Positions 42,506 to 51,800 of a stretch of 64,000 nucleotides of DNA are shown piece by piece. Where the stretch lies: the sequence record DRR378314_953; one strand, given 5' to 3'. Within the stretch, counting starts at the first letter, position 1, and each line of letters opens with the position of its first letter. The translations under genes and the position numbers were made by a program. Below the pieces are notes generated by a model. It ran no database searches. It was not told where the DNA came from and saw only the letters and a list, made by a program, of their open reading frames with translations.

Positions 42506-44011
42506 ATGAGTTTAAAATCATTTGCAGCAAAAATATTTGCCAAGAATATCGCGAAGAAAACTGCCAAATGGGTAAATAATCCCATTCAAACCCAGGAGGA
42601 GGTATTTCAATCGCTTATATCCAATGCCAAAAATACCGACTTTGGTAAGGATCACAATTTTTCACAGATAAAATCGCATTCCGACTTCGCCAACAAGGTT
42701 CCTATAAGGGACTATGAAGAATTAAAGGGATATGTAGAGAAAGTAGTAGCTGGTCAGAAAGATGTATTATGGCCCGGTAAACCTGCCTATTTTGCCAAAA
42801 CTTCAGGGACCACATCCGGGGTTAAATACATCCCCATTACCCACGAATCCATTAAGTACCAAGTTGAGGCTTCGCGAAACGCCATATTGAATTATATTCA
42901 TGAAACGGGAAATGCCGATTTTGTGGATGGAAAAATGATCTTTCTACAGGGAAGTCCCGAAATGAAGGAAAAAAACGGGATTAAGATCGGTAGATTATCG
43001 GGAATATCTGCCCACTATGTTCCCAATTATCTACAAAAAAACAGATTGCCCAGTTGGGAGACCAATTGTTTGGAGGACTGGGACAGCAAGGTGAACAAAA
43101 TTGTTGAGGAAACCTTGAACGAGAATATGACAGTCATTGCGGGGATACCCTCATGGGTTCAAATGTATTTTGAAAAACTAAACGCAAAGACGGACAAAAA
43201 AATAGGTGATCTATTCAAAAATTTTCAACTCTTCATCTACGGCGGGGTAAACTACGAGCCTTATCGCGCAAAGTTTGAAAACCTCATAGGACGCAGAGTG
43301 CACAGCATTGAACTCTTCCCGGCAAGTGAGGGATTCTTTGCCTACCAAAATTCACAAAAGGAAAATGGCATGCTTTTATTATTGAATTCGGGCATCTTTT
43401 ATGAGTTTGTCAAGGCTGATGAATTCTTTGTTGAAAATCCAAAACGAATTACCCTTAAGGATGTTGAGTTGGGAGTTAATTATGTAATGATCATCTCTAC
43501 CAATGCTGGACTCTGGGGATACAATTTAGGAGATACCGTTCAGTTTATTTCCTTAAAACCCTACAAAATAATAGTTTCTGGTAGAATAAAGCATTTCATT
43601 TCCGCCTTCGGGGAACATGTTATAGGTAAGGAGGTTGAAGAGGCGATGAAACAAGCCATAGAAGCAACCGATGCCCGCATAAATGAATTCACCGTCGCAC
43701 CACAAATCAATCCCTTGGAAAAGGAACTTCCTTATCACGAATGGCTGATCGAATTTGAACATCCCCCGTCGGACATCAAAAAATTCATAAGCATCTTGGA
43801 TAAATCTTTGCAGCAGCAAAACACTTATTATTTTGATTTAATTGAAGGCAAAATTCTCCAAACCTTAAAAATTACCCAAATAAAAAAAGATGGGTTTCAA
43901 GAATATATGAAGTCTATTGGAAAGTTGGGAGGTCAGAACAAAGTGCAGCGCCTATCCAATGACAGAAAAGTAGCCGATGGATTAAGAAGCTGGTCAATAA
44001 TGAAGAACTGA
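42506..44011 (+). CDS. GH3-family acyl-acid amido synthetase-like protein
   Basis: AKTSGTTSG.KYIP, FPASEG, YNLGD, GGQNKVQRL. Confidence 0.88.
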   Translation: MSLKSFAAKIFAKNIAKKTAKWVNNPIQTQEEVFQSLISNAKNTDFGKDHNFSQIKSHSDFANKVPIRDYEELKGYVEKVVAGQKDVLWPGKPAYFAKTSGTTSGVKYIPITHESIKYQVEASRNAILNYIHETGNADFVDGKMIFLQGSPEMKEKNGIKIGRLSGISAHYVPNYLQKNRLPSWETNCLEDWDSKVNKIVEETLNENMTVIAGIPSWVQMYFEKLNAKTDKKIGDLFKNFQLFIYGGVNYEPYRAKFENLIGRRVHSIELFPASEGFFAYQNSQKENGMLLLLNSGIFYEFVKADEFFVENPKRITLKDVELGVNYVMIISTNAGLWGYNLGDTVQFISLKPYKIIVSGRIKHFISAFGEHVIGKEVEEAMKQAIEATDARINEFTVAPQINPLEKELPYHEWLIEFEHPPSDIKKFISILDKSLQQQNTYYFDLIEGKILQTLKITQIKKDGFQEYMKSIGKLGGQNKVQRLSNDRKVADGLRSWSIMKN

Positions 44012-44162
44012 TAATAAAGCCAGCCATTATTTTTCAATATTTACTATTATTGATTACCTAAAAGTCTAAATTTATAATTTTAGTGTTGGCAAGTGAACTG
44101 ATAAAAGCTCCACAGGAAATAAAATAAACAATATAAATTGTAGTTTTGCACGAAATCTGCTT

Positions 44163-45848
44163 ATGAGTAAATCCGTTAATACTACCAGGGCACAAGATTC
44201 CACCAATGCCATTGAACGCTTGTACATAACAATGCGGCATCTTTTTAACCGTGGATTTTACAAGCCTTCAGGTGTTTCCGGAGCAACCTTAAGACAGTCC
44301 CTTTTACAGCTACGCCCTGAAATATACGGTTCTATTGCTGAGGAAAAAGCCGAGCTAAACGGGCTTATGTACGTTTTGGAAAGATTGCCGGAAGGCATAG
44401 AACAATGCAGATTTATAAACCTCACTTCAGATGAAGGTTATGCCGGTTCCCAATTTAAGCCCATTATTCCACCTAAAAGACGCAGAAACTGTTACAGGAT
44501 AGATGACGAACAGATGAATATTGAGATAACCCGTGGCAGATCGGATATTTACGATATTCTAACCCATCTCACCTTTTTGTTCATCGAATCCGAGAAAATT
44601 AGTAAAAAAGTCCTTATAGAGGACACGGATAAGACCATAAGGGACTGGGTAAAATTGGAACAGGCTGCTAATAAAGAAGAACTTAGCCAAAGGGAAAGGG
44701 AAGTAGCCTTAATACATATGGCCAATATTTTGGGAAGACCCTTTATTGAGGTAATGGCCATTCACAAAAAACTTTCTACGACAGCCAATCCAGAACGATT
44801 TTTAAAAATTATCTATTGGCTGGGCAAGCTGGCTATTGAGGAGGAAACAACTGGAAACAAAAGGGCGATAACTTTTAGTCCTATGTTGCGGGAGCGCCTG
44901 GGACACCATATCCATGGGGAACGTTGGGCCAATAGGATTAAGGAAACATTGCAAGAAAATGGGCTTATGGAACGACCCATACATATTATAAGTGCAAATA
45001 TGCACAGTGTAATGAATTCATTGTTCGCCAAAAAGGCATTGTCCAAAACCTTGGCAGGAAAGACAAAATTGGAGATATATGAGGCTTTGAGCATCCCCAA
45101 AAATGCCAGTTTAAGGGAAAAAGTAATTGCCCAAGCTAAAAAAAACGGAATGATTGCCATTGATGACGTTTCTGGCACCAATATAGACGTACAAATATTC
45201 GACATGGCCAAATTGGGGAAAGGCGCATGTTGTTACGAATTACCTACAAGCTGTCAAGAAAATGAAAAACCTGTTATCTTTGTTATGGACTATGCTTTTG
45301 GAGAACAGGCCTATGAAACCATTGATGAATTATTGAAACCTTATAGGGTTAAAAAAAACCAAGAGGTATTTTTAAATGTGGCTTCCATAACCATAATGGG
45401 AAAAGCAGGTATTCTGGAAGGGGGAAAAGGGGACATTATGATTCCTGATGCCCATATTTTTGAGGGGACCGCAGATAATTATCCCTTTGAAAATGAATTG
45501 CGAAAAGAGGATTTTGAAGGTAACGGACTTAAGGTTTTACAGGGAGCTATGGTAACCGTATTGGGAACCTCCTTGCAAAATAGGGACATCCTAAAATTCT
45601 TCCATGAATCTACCTGGAACGTAATTGGATTGGAAATGGAAGGTGTGCATTATCAGAAGGCCATACAATCGGCTTCCAAAATAAGAAAAAGTATAAGGGA
45701 AGATGTTAAAGTGCGTTATGCCTATTATGCCTCCGATAATCCTTTAGAAACAGGCAGTACCTTAGCATCTGGCGGTTTGGGGACCACAGGAGTTAAGCCC
45801 ACCTATTTAATAACCGACAAAATACTAACACAAATATTTAATTCCTAG
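44163..45848 (+). CDS. DUF6909-like protein with nucleoside-phosphorylase-like C-terminus
   Basis: DYAFGEQA, IMGKAGIL..GDIMIP, GLEMEG, YYASD; TAGTTTTG box at 44141-44148. Confidence 0.65.
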   Translation: MSKSVNTTRAQDSTNAIERLYITMRHLFNRGFYKPSGVSGATLRQSLLQLRPEIYGSIAEEKAELNGLMYVLERLPEGIEQCRFINLTSDEGYAGSQFKPIIPPKRRRNCYRIDDEQMNIEITRGRSDIYDILTHLTFLFIESEKISKKVLIEDTDKTIRDWVKLEQAANKEELSQREREVALIHMANILGRPFIEVMAIHKKLSTTANPERFLKIIYWLGKLAIEEETTGNKRAITFSPMLRERLGHHIHGERWANRIKETLQENGLMERPIHIISANMHSVMNSLFAKKALSKTLAGKTKLEIYEALSIPKNASLREKVIAQAKKNGMIAIDDVSGTNIDVQIFDMAKLGKGACCYELPTSCQENEKPVIFVMDYAFGEQAYETIDELLKPYRVKKNQEVFLNVASITIMGKAGILEGGKGDIMIPDAHIFEGTADNYPFENELRKEDFEGNGLKVLQGAMVTVLGTSLQNRDILKFFHESTWNVIGLEMEGVHYQKAIQSASKIRKSIREDVKVRYAYYASDNPLETGSTLASGGLGTTGVKPTYLITDKILTQIFNS

Positions 45849-45851
45849 TTT

Positions 45852-46910
45852 ATGGCTAATCAACAACCGACAAATAATAGCACATCCTCTTCCGAGGAAG
45901 TAGATTTGGGGCAACTGTTTCAATTAATTGGAAACGGTTTCAAGAAATTTTTCCGTTTTATAGGTAATATTTTCAAAGGTATTTTTCATACGCTTATCCT
46001 ATTCCTGCTTTTTTTACAAAAGCATTTTATAAAATTTGTAGTTGCGGCAGTGGTGGGTTTGGCATTGGGCATTTACCTGGATATGGTAAAAGAACCAAAA
46101 TTTACTTCCACCATGGTGGTGGAGCCCAATTTTAACAGTGTGCAACAATTATATAACAACGTGAATTTTTACAATGAATTGGCACAGGCAGAGGACTCCA
46201 CCGCCTTGGCAGAAGCCTTGGATGTAAGTGTTTCCGAAGCTTCAAAATTAAAAAAGTTTGTAGTGGAGTCCTATTCGGACGAAAACCAAAAGGTACAATT
46301 GTTCGATAAGTTTGTTCGCAGTTTGGATTCGACCACCAAAAAAGCCATCGATATGGAGAATTATTTGAAAAATTTCAACTCCATGGATGCAAGATTCCAC
46401 ACCATATCTGTTACAGCAACAAATAGCACCGTCGCCAAAGCGATACAGCCTTCCATTATCAAATCGATTTCCCGCAACGAATATTTTCAGTTGCAACAGA
46501 GCATAAGTGACCAAAATATCACATTACAGGACAGCCTGTATAAAAAGCAATTAATGGAAGTGGATTCCCTACAGCGCCTATACAAAAGGGTAATGGAAAA
46601 AGAAGCTGAAAAGCCGCAACAAGGTACCAATATTAGTCTTGGAGAAAATGGAGGTCAGGAAAACAAAGAATTGGCCCTTATCAACCAGGTAGATAAGTTG
46701 AAAGAAAACTTGGTATTACTTAATGAAGAACGTGCCAATAAGTCCAGTATACTGAACGTAATCTCTGCCTTCCCTAGACGTGGAGTAGAGGTTAAGGGAA
46801 TACTGAATAGCTATAAATTTTGGATTCCGCTGGGATTCATTGGAATTACCTTGATAATTCTAAGTCTTTTGGACCTAAACAGCTATTTGAAAAACTATAA
46901 AAAAGAATAG
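45852..46910 (+). CDS. Wzz-like polysaccharide chain-length / co-polymerase protein
   Basis: EEVDLGQLF start, two TM helices flanking a coiled-coil periplasmic domain; precedes rfbB. Confidence 0.65.
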   Translation: MANQQPTNNSTSSSEEVDLGQLFQLIGNGFKKFFRFIGNIFKGIFHTLILFLLFLQKHFIKFVVAAVVGLALGIYLDMVKEPKFTSTMVVEPNFNSVQQLYNNVNFYNELAQAEDSTALAEALDVSVSEASKLKKFVVESYSDENQKVQLFDKFVRSLDSTTKKAIDMENYLKNFNSMDARFHTISVTATNSTVAKAIQPSIIKSISRNEYFQLQQSISDQNITLQDSLYKKQLMEVDSLQRLYKRVMEKEAEKPQQGTNISLGENGGQENKELALINQVDKLKENLVLLNEERANKSSILNVISAFPRRGVEVKGILNSYKFWIPLGFIGITLIILSLLDLNSYLKNYKKE

Positions 46911-46913
46911 TTT

Positions 46914-47957
46914 ATGAACATCTTGGTTACCGGTGGAGCCGGCTTTATCGGCTCCCATGTGGTTAGGAGATTGGTCTCCAACTATCCAAATTATCATATC
47001 TATAATTTGGATGCCTTGACTTATGCCGGTAATCTTGAAAACTTAAAGGATATAGAATCTGCCCCGAATTATACGTTTATAAAAGGGGATATAACGGAGT
47101 CCGGTTTTATTTATGCTATTTTTAAGAAACATAAGTTTGATGCTGTCATTCATTTAGCTGCCGAGTCGCACGTAGACCGGTCTATATACGACCCAATGGC
47201 CTTTGTAAAAACCAACGTTCTGGGAACAGTACATCTTTTAAACGCGGCCAAATCCACTTGGGAAACGGAATATACGGGAAAACGCTTTTATCACATCAGC
47301 ACGGACGAGGTATATGGAACCTTAGGAGATACCGGCTTGTTTACCGAAACAACGGCTTATGACCCCAGCTCTCCCTATTCCGCCTCCAAGGCAAGTTCCG
47401 ACCATTTTGTTAGGGCCTATGGAGAAACTTATGGGCTTCCGTATGTAATCAGCAACTGTTCCAACAATTATGGCCCCAATCAGTTCCCTGAAAAGCTGAT
47501 CCCCTTGTTTTTAAACAACATAATTAAAAATAAACCATTGCCGGTATATGGAGATGGCAATTATACCAGGGATTGGTTATATGTATTGGATCATGCCTTA
47601 GCGATCGATTTAGTGCTCCACAACGGAAAAAATGCCGAAACCTATAATATTGGGGGCTTTAATGAATGGAAGAACCTTAAATTGGTAAAATTGCTCTGCA
47701 AACAAATGGATGAGAGACTGGGAAGAGCAGTTGGTGAAAGTGAAAACCTTATTAATTATGTAAAGGACAGACCTGGTCACGACCTGCGGTATGCAATAGA
47801 TGCATCAAAAATCAGAAATGAATTAGGCTGGGAGCCCTCGGTTACTTTTGAAGAAGGGCTGGAAAAGACTATTGACTGGTACTTAGCCAATGAAGAATGG
47901 TTAAAAAATGTTACCTCTGGGGAATACCGTGAATATTATGTGAGGCAATACAAATAA
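46914..47957 (+). CDS. rfbB: dTDP-glucose 4,6-dehydratase
   Basis: GGAGFIG, HLAAESHVDRSI, STDEVYG, YSASK, DRPGHDLRY. Confidence 0.98.
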   Translation: MNILVTGGAGFIGSHVVRRLVSNYPNYHIYNLDALTYAGNLENLKDIESAPNYTFIKGDITESGFIYAIFKKHKFDAVIHLAAESHVDRSIYDPMAFVKTNVLGTVHLLNAAKSTWETEYTGKRFYHISTDEVYGTLGDTGLFTETTAYDPSSPYSASKASSDHFVRAYGETYGLPYVISNCSNNYGPNQFPEKLIPLFLNNIIKNKPLPVYGDGNYTRDWLYVLDHALAIDLVLHNGKNAETYNIGGFNEWKNLKLVKLLCKQMDERLGRAVGESENLINYVKDRPGHDLRYAIDASKIRNELGWEPSVTFEEGLEKTIDWYLANEEWLKNVTSGEYREYYVRQYK

Positions 47958-48010
47958 TGATATGATGGATGAATCAGTTATGAATTATCCAACAAAATTG
48001 TTGCATACAA

Positions 48011-48042
48011 ATCCCCCTTTGAAGGGGGATATAGGGGGATGT
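48011..48042 (+). repeat. Left REP-like inverted repeat arm
   Basis: ATCCCCCTTTGAAGGGGGATATAGGGGGATGT; internal hairpin ATCCCCCT-TTGA-AGGGGGAT. Confidence 0.9.
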
Positions 48043-48056
48043 AAAAAACTTACTAT

Positions 48057-48431
48057 TTGAAAAACAGAATAATTCCATACAACCGTAAACTTAAAGCATT
48101 CACTAGAGAGCTAAGGAAAAATAGTACCTTATCCGAAATACTGTTGTGGAACCAAATCAAACGAAATTCTTTAGGGGTTGAGTTTCATCGACAGGTACCG
48201 ATGTTAAATTATATTGTTGATTTTTATTCACATGAGATCAGGTTGGCCATAGAAATTGATGGAAATAGCCATAATCATAAACAACATTATGACAACAAAA
48301 GACAATATGAACTAGAACAATATGGTGTAACCTTTCTTAGGATTTCCGATATTGACATAAAGTAACAAATGTTTAGTGTTTTATTGGTGTTGAAAGATAA
48401 AATAGATGAACTAAATATGATCGATAAATAA
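48057..48431 (+). pseudogene. DUF559 / Vsr-like endonuclease domain gene, probably truncated by in-frame TAA at 48363-48365
   Basis: RELRKNST.SE.LLW, FHRQ, YIVDFY, AIEIDG.SH; frame continues after the stop (QMFSVLLVLKDKIDELNMIDK) to TAA 48429-48431. Confidence 0.75.
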
Positions 48432-48462
48432 CATCCCCCTTGCCCCCTTCAAAGGGGGGAAT
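48431..48462 (-). repeat. Right REP-like inverted repeat arm
   Basis: ACATCCCCCTTGCCCCCTTCAAAGGGGGGAAT; reverse complement matches the left arm in perfect 16-nt and 10-nt blocks. Confidence 0.9.
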
Positions 48463-48508
48463 AATTTGTGACAAACAGATAACAAGATAACTCCATAACA
48501 ACAACAGC

Positions 48509-49372
48509 ATGAAAGGCATCATATTGGCAGGCGGCTCCGGAACCAGATTATACCCCATCACCTTGGCGATGAGCAAACAGCTAATGCCCATATATGACAA
48601 ACCAATGATCTACTATCCCCTGGCCACCTTGATGTCTGCCGGTATTCGGGAAATACTTGTAATAACCACCCCAAAAGACCTTGACCAATTTAAAGCCCTT
48701 TTAGGCGACGGTTCGCAATTGGGGTGTGCCTTTACATTTACTTCCCAAGAAAACCCTAACGGACTGGCGGAAGCCTTTATTATTGGGGAAGAATTTATTG
48801 GTAGCGATAAAGTGGCCCTGATCTTGGGTGATAATATTTTTTACGGCTCAGGACTGGCAACCCTATTAAAGGCCAATAACGACCCCGATGGAGGTATTAT
48901 ATACGGTTATCACGTACAGGATCCGGAACGCTATGGGGTGGTGGAATTCAATGAGAAGGGAAAGGCCATTAGTATAGAGGAAAAACCATCACAACCTAAA
49001 TCGAACTATGCAGTACCTGGTATCTATTTTTACGATAATGAGGTAGTGGCCATTGCTAAAAATATTAAACCCAGCAAAAGAGGGGAACTGGAAATAACAG
49101 ATATAAATAAAGCTTATTTGGCAAAGGGAAAATTACAGGTTAGCATTTTGGATAGAGGAACCGCTTGGTTGGATACAGGAACCTTCGCTTCCCTAATGCA
49201 GGCCTCACAATTTGTAGAAGTTATTGAGGACAGGCAAGGACTTAAAATAGGATCTATAGAAGAAGTGGCTTATACCATGGGGTATATTTCCAAAGAACAG
49301 CTTAAAAAGCTAGCAAGTCCCTTACTAAAAAGTGGCTATGGGAAATACCTGATTGGTCTTATTGGAGAATAA
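48509..49372 (+). CDS. rfbA: Glucose-1-phosphate thymidylyltransferase
   Basis: [39 protein letters not shown]. Confidence 0.98.
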   Translation: MKGIILAGGSGTRLYPITLAMSKQLMPIYDKPMIYYPLATLMSAGIREILVITTPKDLDQFKALLGDGSQLGCAFTFTSQENPNGLAEAFIIGEEFIGSDKVALILGDNIFYGSGLATLLKANNDPDGGIIYGYHVQDPERYGVVEFNEKGKAISIEEKPSQPKSNYAVPGIYFYDNEVVAIAKNIKPSKRGELEITDINKAYLAKGKLQVSILDRGTAWLDTGTFASLMQASQFVEVIEDRQGLKIGSIEEVAYTMGYISKEQLKKLASPLLKSGYGKYLIGLIGE

Positions 49373-49450
49373 TAAGATAATTAAGTTATAACAGATGACG
49401 TTGTTATGATACGAAAATGACTTTATTTAACTAGATAATAAAAATAAATA

Positions 49451-49996
49451 TTGAAAATCACAGAAACACAGCTAAAAGGCTGTTTTATTTTAGAACCAAC
49501 GGTATATGAAGATGAGCGGGGAATATTTTTTGAATCCTACCATAAAACAAACTTGGAGAAAGCTCTTGGGAAGACTATAAATTTTGTTCAAGACAATATT
49601 TCGGTTTCCAAAAAGGGGGTTTTACGTGGCTTACATTATCAGGCAGGAAAGCATGCCCAGTCAAAACTGGTACAAGTGGTGCAAGGCGAGGTTTTGGATA
49701 TAGTGGTAGACCTGCGTAGGGAGAGCAATACTTACGGACAGTATTTTAAACTTAAGCTGTCCTCTGAAAACAGAAAATCGCTTTTTATACCAAAAGGTAT
49801 GGCACATGGATTCTTGGCACTGACACAAGAAGTGATTTTTTCCTATAAGTGCGATTCCCATTACCAAAAAGAAGCCGAAAAAGGCATCAGATACGACGAC
49901 CCTGAACTGGATATCGATTGGGAATTGAAAGGAATGCATGTCATCCTATCTCCTAAAGACTTACAACTACCCCTATGGCAAGATCTACAACTATAA
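49451..49996 (+). CDS. rfbC: dTDP-4-dehydrorhamnose 3,5-epimerase
   Basis: DERGIFFE, QDN.S.S..GVLRGLH, AHGF. Confidence 0.97.
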   Translation: MKITETQLKGCFILEPTVYEDERGIFFESYHKTNLEKALGKTINFVQDNISVSKKGVLRGLHYQAGKHAQSKLVQVVQGEVLDIVVDLRRESNTYGQYFKLKLSSENRKSLFIPKGMAHGFLALTQEVIFSYKCDSHYQKEAEKGIRYDDPELDIDWELKGMHVILSPKDLQLPLWQDLQL

Positions 49997-50769
49997 AGGG
50001 TGTCCTGGTCACAGGGGCATCAGGGCAATTGGGCCGAAGCCTTCAGGATTTGGCTCATGAATACCCTAAGTTGGAATTCGTTTTTATGGATTCCAAGGAC
50101 CTGGATATAACCGATTCACAAAAAGTAAAAGAAACTATTGAATTGGGCGCCTTTGAACACTGTATAAACTGTGCGGCCTACACCAACGTGGAACAGGCGG
50201 AGAAAAGTCCGGAAATGGCCTTTAAAGTAAATGCAGAGGCTGTTAAGAACCTAGCCCTAGTCTGCAAGAGATATCATGTAAAACTAATACACATCTCTAC
50301 GGACTATGTCTTTGACGGAGAAAAAGGATCTCCATATACGGCTGATGACCAGCCCAACCCCATAAACGAATACGGAAGATCAAAATGGGAAGGAGAAAAG
50401 TATGTCGAAGCAATTATGGACGCGTATTATATAGTACGCACTTCCTGGCTCTACCATAAAAAATATGGCAAGAACTTTTACAGGACTATTTTGGAAAAAG
50501 CCAAAAGAGGAGAAGAGTTGCGCATAACGGACGCGCAGTTAGGCTGCCCTACCAATGCAGTCAACCTTGCCAAATATCTATTGAACCTCGTAGCCAATAG
50601 CAATCAGCAATATGGCACTTACCATTTCACGGACGGTATTGCCATGAGCTGGTACGGGTTTGCCCTCAACATCCTGGAAGAAAATGGGTTGAAAAATACT
50701 ACAACTATTGTGAAGGAGAATAATTATCGTAGTTTTGCCAAGAGGCCTAAAATAAGCGTTTTAAATTAA
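49975..50769 (+). CDS. rfbD: dTDP-4-dehydrorhamnose reductase
   Basis: GASGQLG, NCAAYT.V, STDYVFDG, YGRSK. Confidence 0.96.
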   Translation: MARSTTIKGVLVTGASGQLGRSLQDLAHEYPKLEFVFMDSKDLDITDSQKVKETIELGAFEHCINCAAYTNVEQAEKSPEMAFKVNAEAVKNLALVCKRYHVKLIHISTDYVFDGEKGSPYTADDQPNPINEYGRSKWEGEKYVEAIMDAYYIVRTSWLYHKKYGKNFYRTILEKAKRGEELRITDAQLGCPTNAVNLAKYLLNLVANSNQQYGTYHFTDGIAMSWYGFALNILEENGLKNTTTIVKENNYRSFAKRPKISVLN

Positions 50770-50786
50770 TAAATAACCAAGAGTAA

Positions 50787-51800
50787 ATGGATTTTACAGG
50801 TAAATCACTTTTAATCACTGGAGGGACAGGATCCCTGGGGAAGGCTTTAACAAGCCATATTCTATCTAATCACTCTGAAATTAGAAGACTTATCATCTTT
50901 TCAAGAGATGAACAAAAGCAATTTCAGATGGCTCAAGAATTTCCTACTAGCCGATTCCCCCAAATACGATTCTTTATTGGTGATGTTCGGGATAGGGATA
51001 GATTAATTAGGGCCTTTAAAGGGGTAGATTACGTAATTCATGCAGCCGCAATGAAACATGTGCATCTAGCCGAATATAACCCAGAAGAATGTATAAAAAC
51101 AAACATTGGAGGAGCTCAAAATGTGGTTGATGCTTGTTTTGCTACAAACGTTGAAAGAGTAGTAGCCCTATCAACGGATAAGGCTTGTGCCCCAATAAAT
51201 CTTTATGGTGCCACCAAATTAACCTCTGACAAGTTATTTGTTGCAGCCAATAATATTAAAGGAGACAGTCCAATACGCTTTTCAGTTGTGAGATATGGAA
51301 ATGTTATGGGTTCCAATGGATCTGTAATACCATTTTTCATTAATAAGAAAAAAGAGGGGTCATTACCTATTACAGACCCCAATATGACCAGGTTCAATAT
51401 TTCACTCCAAGGAGGAGTTGACATGGTAATGCATGGTTTAAAATATGCTTGGGGTGGCGAGCTTTATGTTCCCAAAATACCGTCATACAGAATTATGGAT
51501 GTAGCAGAAGCGATCGCACCGGAATGCGAAAAGCCAATAGTTGGAATTAGGCCAGGTGAGAAAATTCATGAAGAAATGATTACCCCTTCAGATTCTTTCT
51601 ACACTTATGATCTTGGAAAATATTATACTATATTACCTTCCACTCATAAATGGAAATTAGAAGACTTTGTAAAAGAGTTTAATGCAAAACCTGTGCCATC
51701 GAATTTTAGTTACAATTCTGGTGAAAACGAGCAATGGGAAACAGTTGAAAGTCTTAGAAGCCTTATTAAGGAACATGTAGATAATAATTTTTCGGTGTAA
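50787..51800 (+). CDS. pseB: UDP-GlcNAc 4,6-dehydratase (inverting)
   Basis: GGTGSLG, SRDEQKQ, HAAAMKHV, STDKA..PINLYGATK, RYGNVMGS, GIRPGEKIHE. Confidence 0.95.
   Translation: MDFTGKSLLITGGTGSLGKALTSHILSNHSEIRRLIIFSRDEQKQFQMAQEFPTSRFPQIRFFIGDVRDRDRLIRAFKGVDYVIHAAAMKHVHLAEYNPEECIKTNIGGAQNVVDACFATNVERVVALSTDKACAPINLYGATKLTSDKLFVAANNIKGDSPIRFSVVRYGNVMGSNGSVIPFFINKKKEGSLPITDPNMTRFNISLQGGVDMVMHGLKYAWGGELYVPKIPSYRIMDVAEAIAPECEKPIVGIRPGEKIHEEMITPSDSFYTYDLGKYYTILPSTHKWKLEDFVKEFNAKPVPSNFSYNSGENEQWETVESLRSLIKEHVDNNFSV

Larger units (their letters stand above)
48011..48462. mobile_element. Putative small mobile cassette: DUF559 nuclease gene flanked by palindromic inverted repeats
   Basis: Inverted repeats 48011-48042 and 48431-48462 enclose a single nuclease ORF between normally adjacent rfbB and rfbA; mobility is inferred. 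Confidence 0.55.

Noticed and set aside
48011-48462. Reading the palindromic repeats as a CRISPR array, a classical IS or plain terminators
   Set aside because: Only two copies in inverted orientation, no spacers or cas genes, no DDE/HUH transposase motif or target duplication, and no U tract after the hairpins on the sense strand.
48373-48600. 75-aa minus-strand ORF containing PPFEGGKGD
   Set aside because: It is a translation of the repeat arm and antisense rfbA, with no independent coding evidence.
49975-49996. Possible mutated rfbD start (ATA at the rfbC stop, where an ATGA overlap might be expected)
   Set aside because: An in-frame ATG exists 18 nt upstream, so there is no evidence of inactivation.
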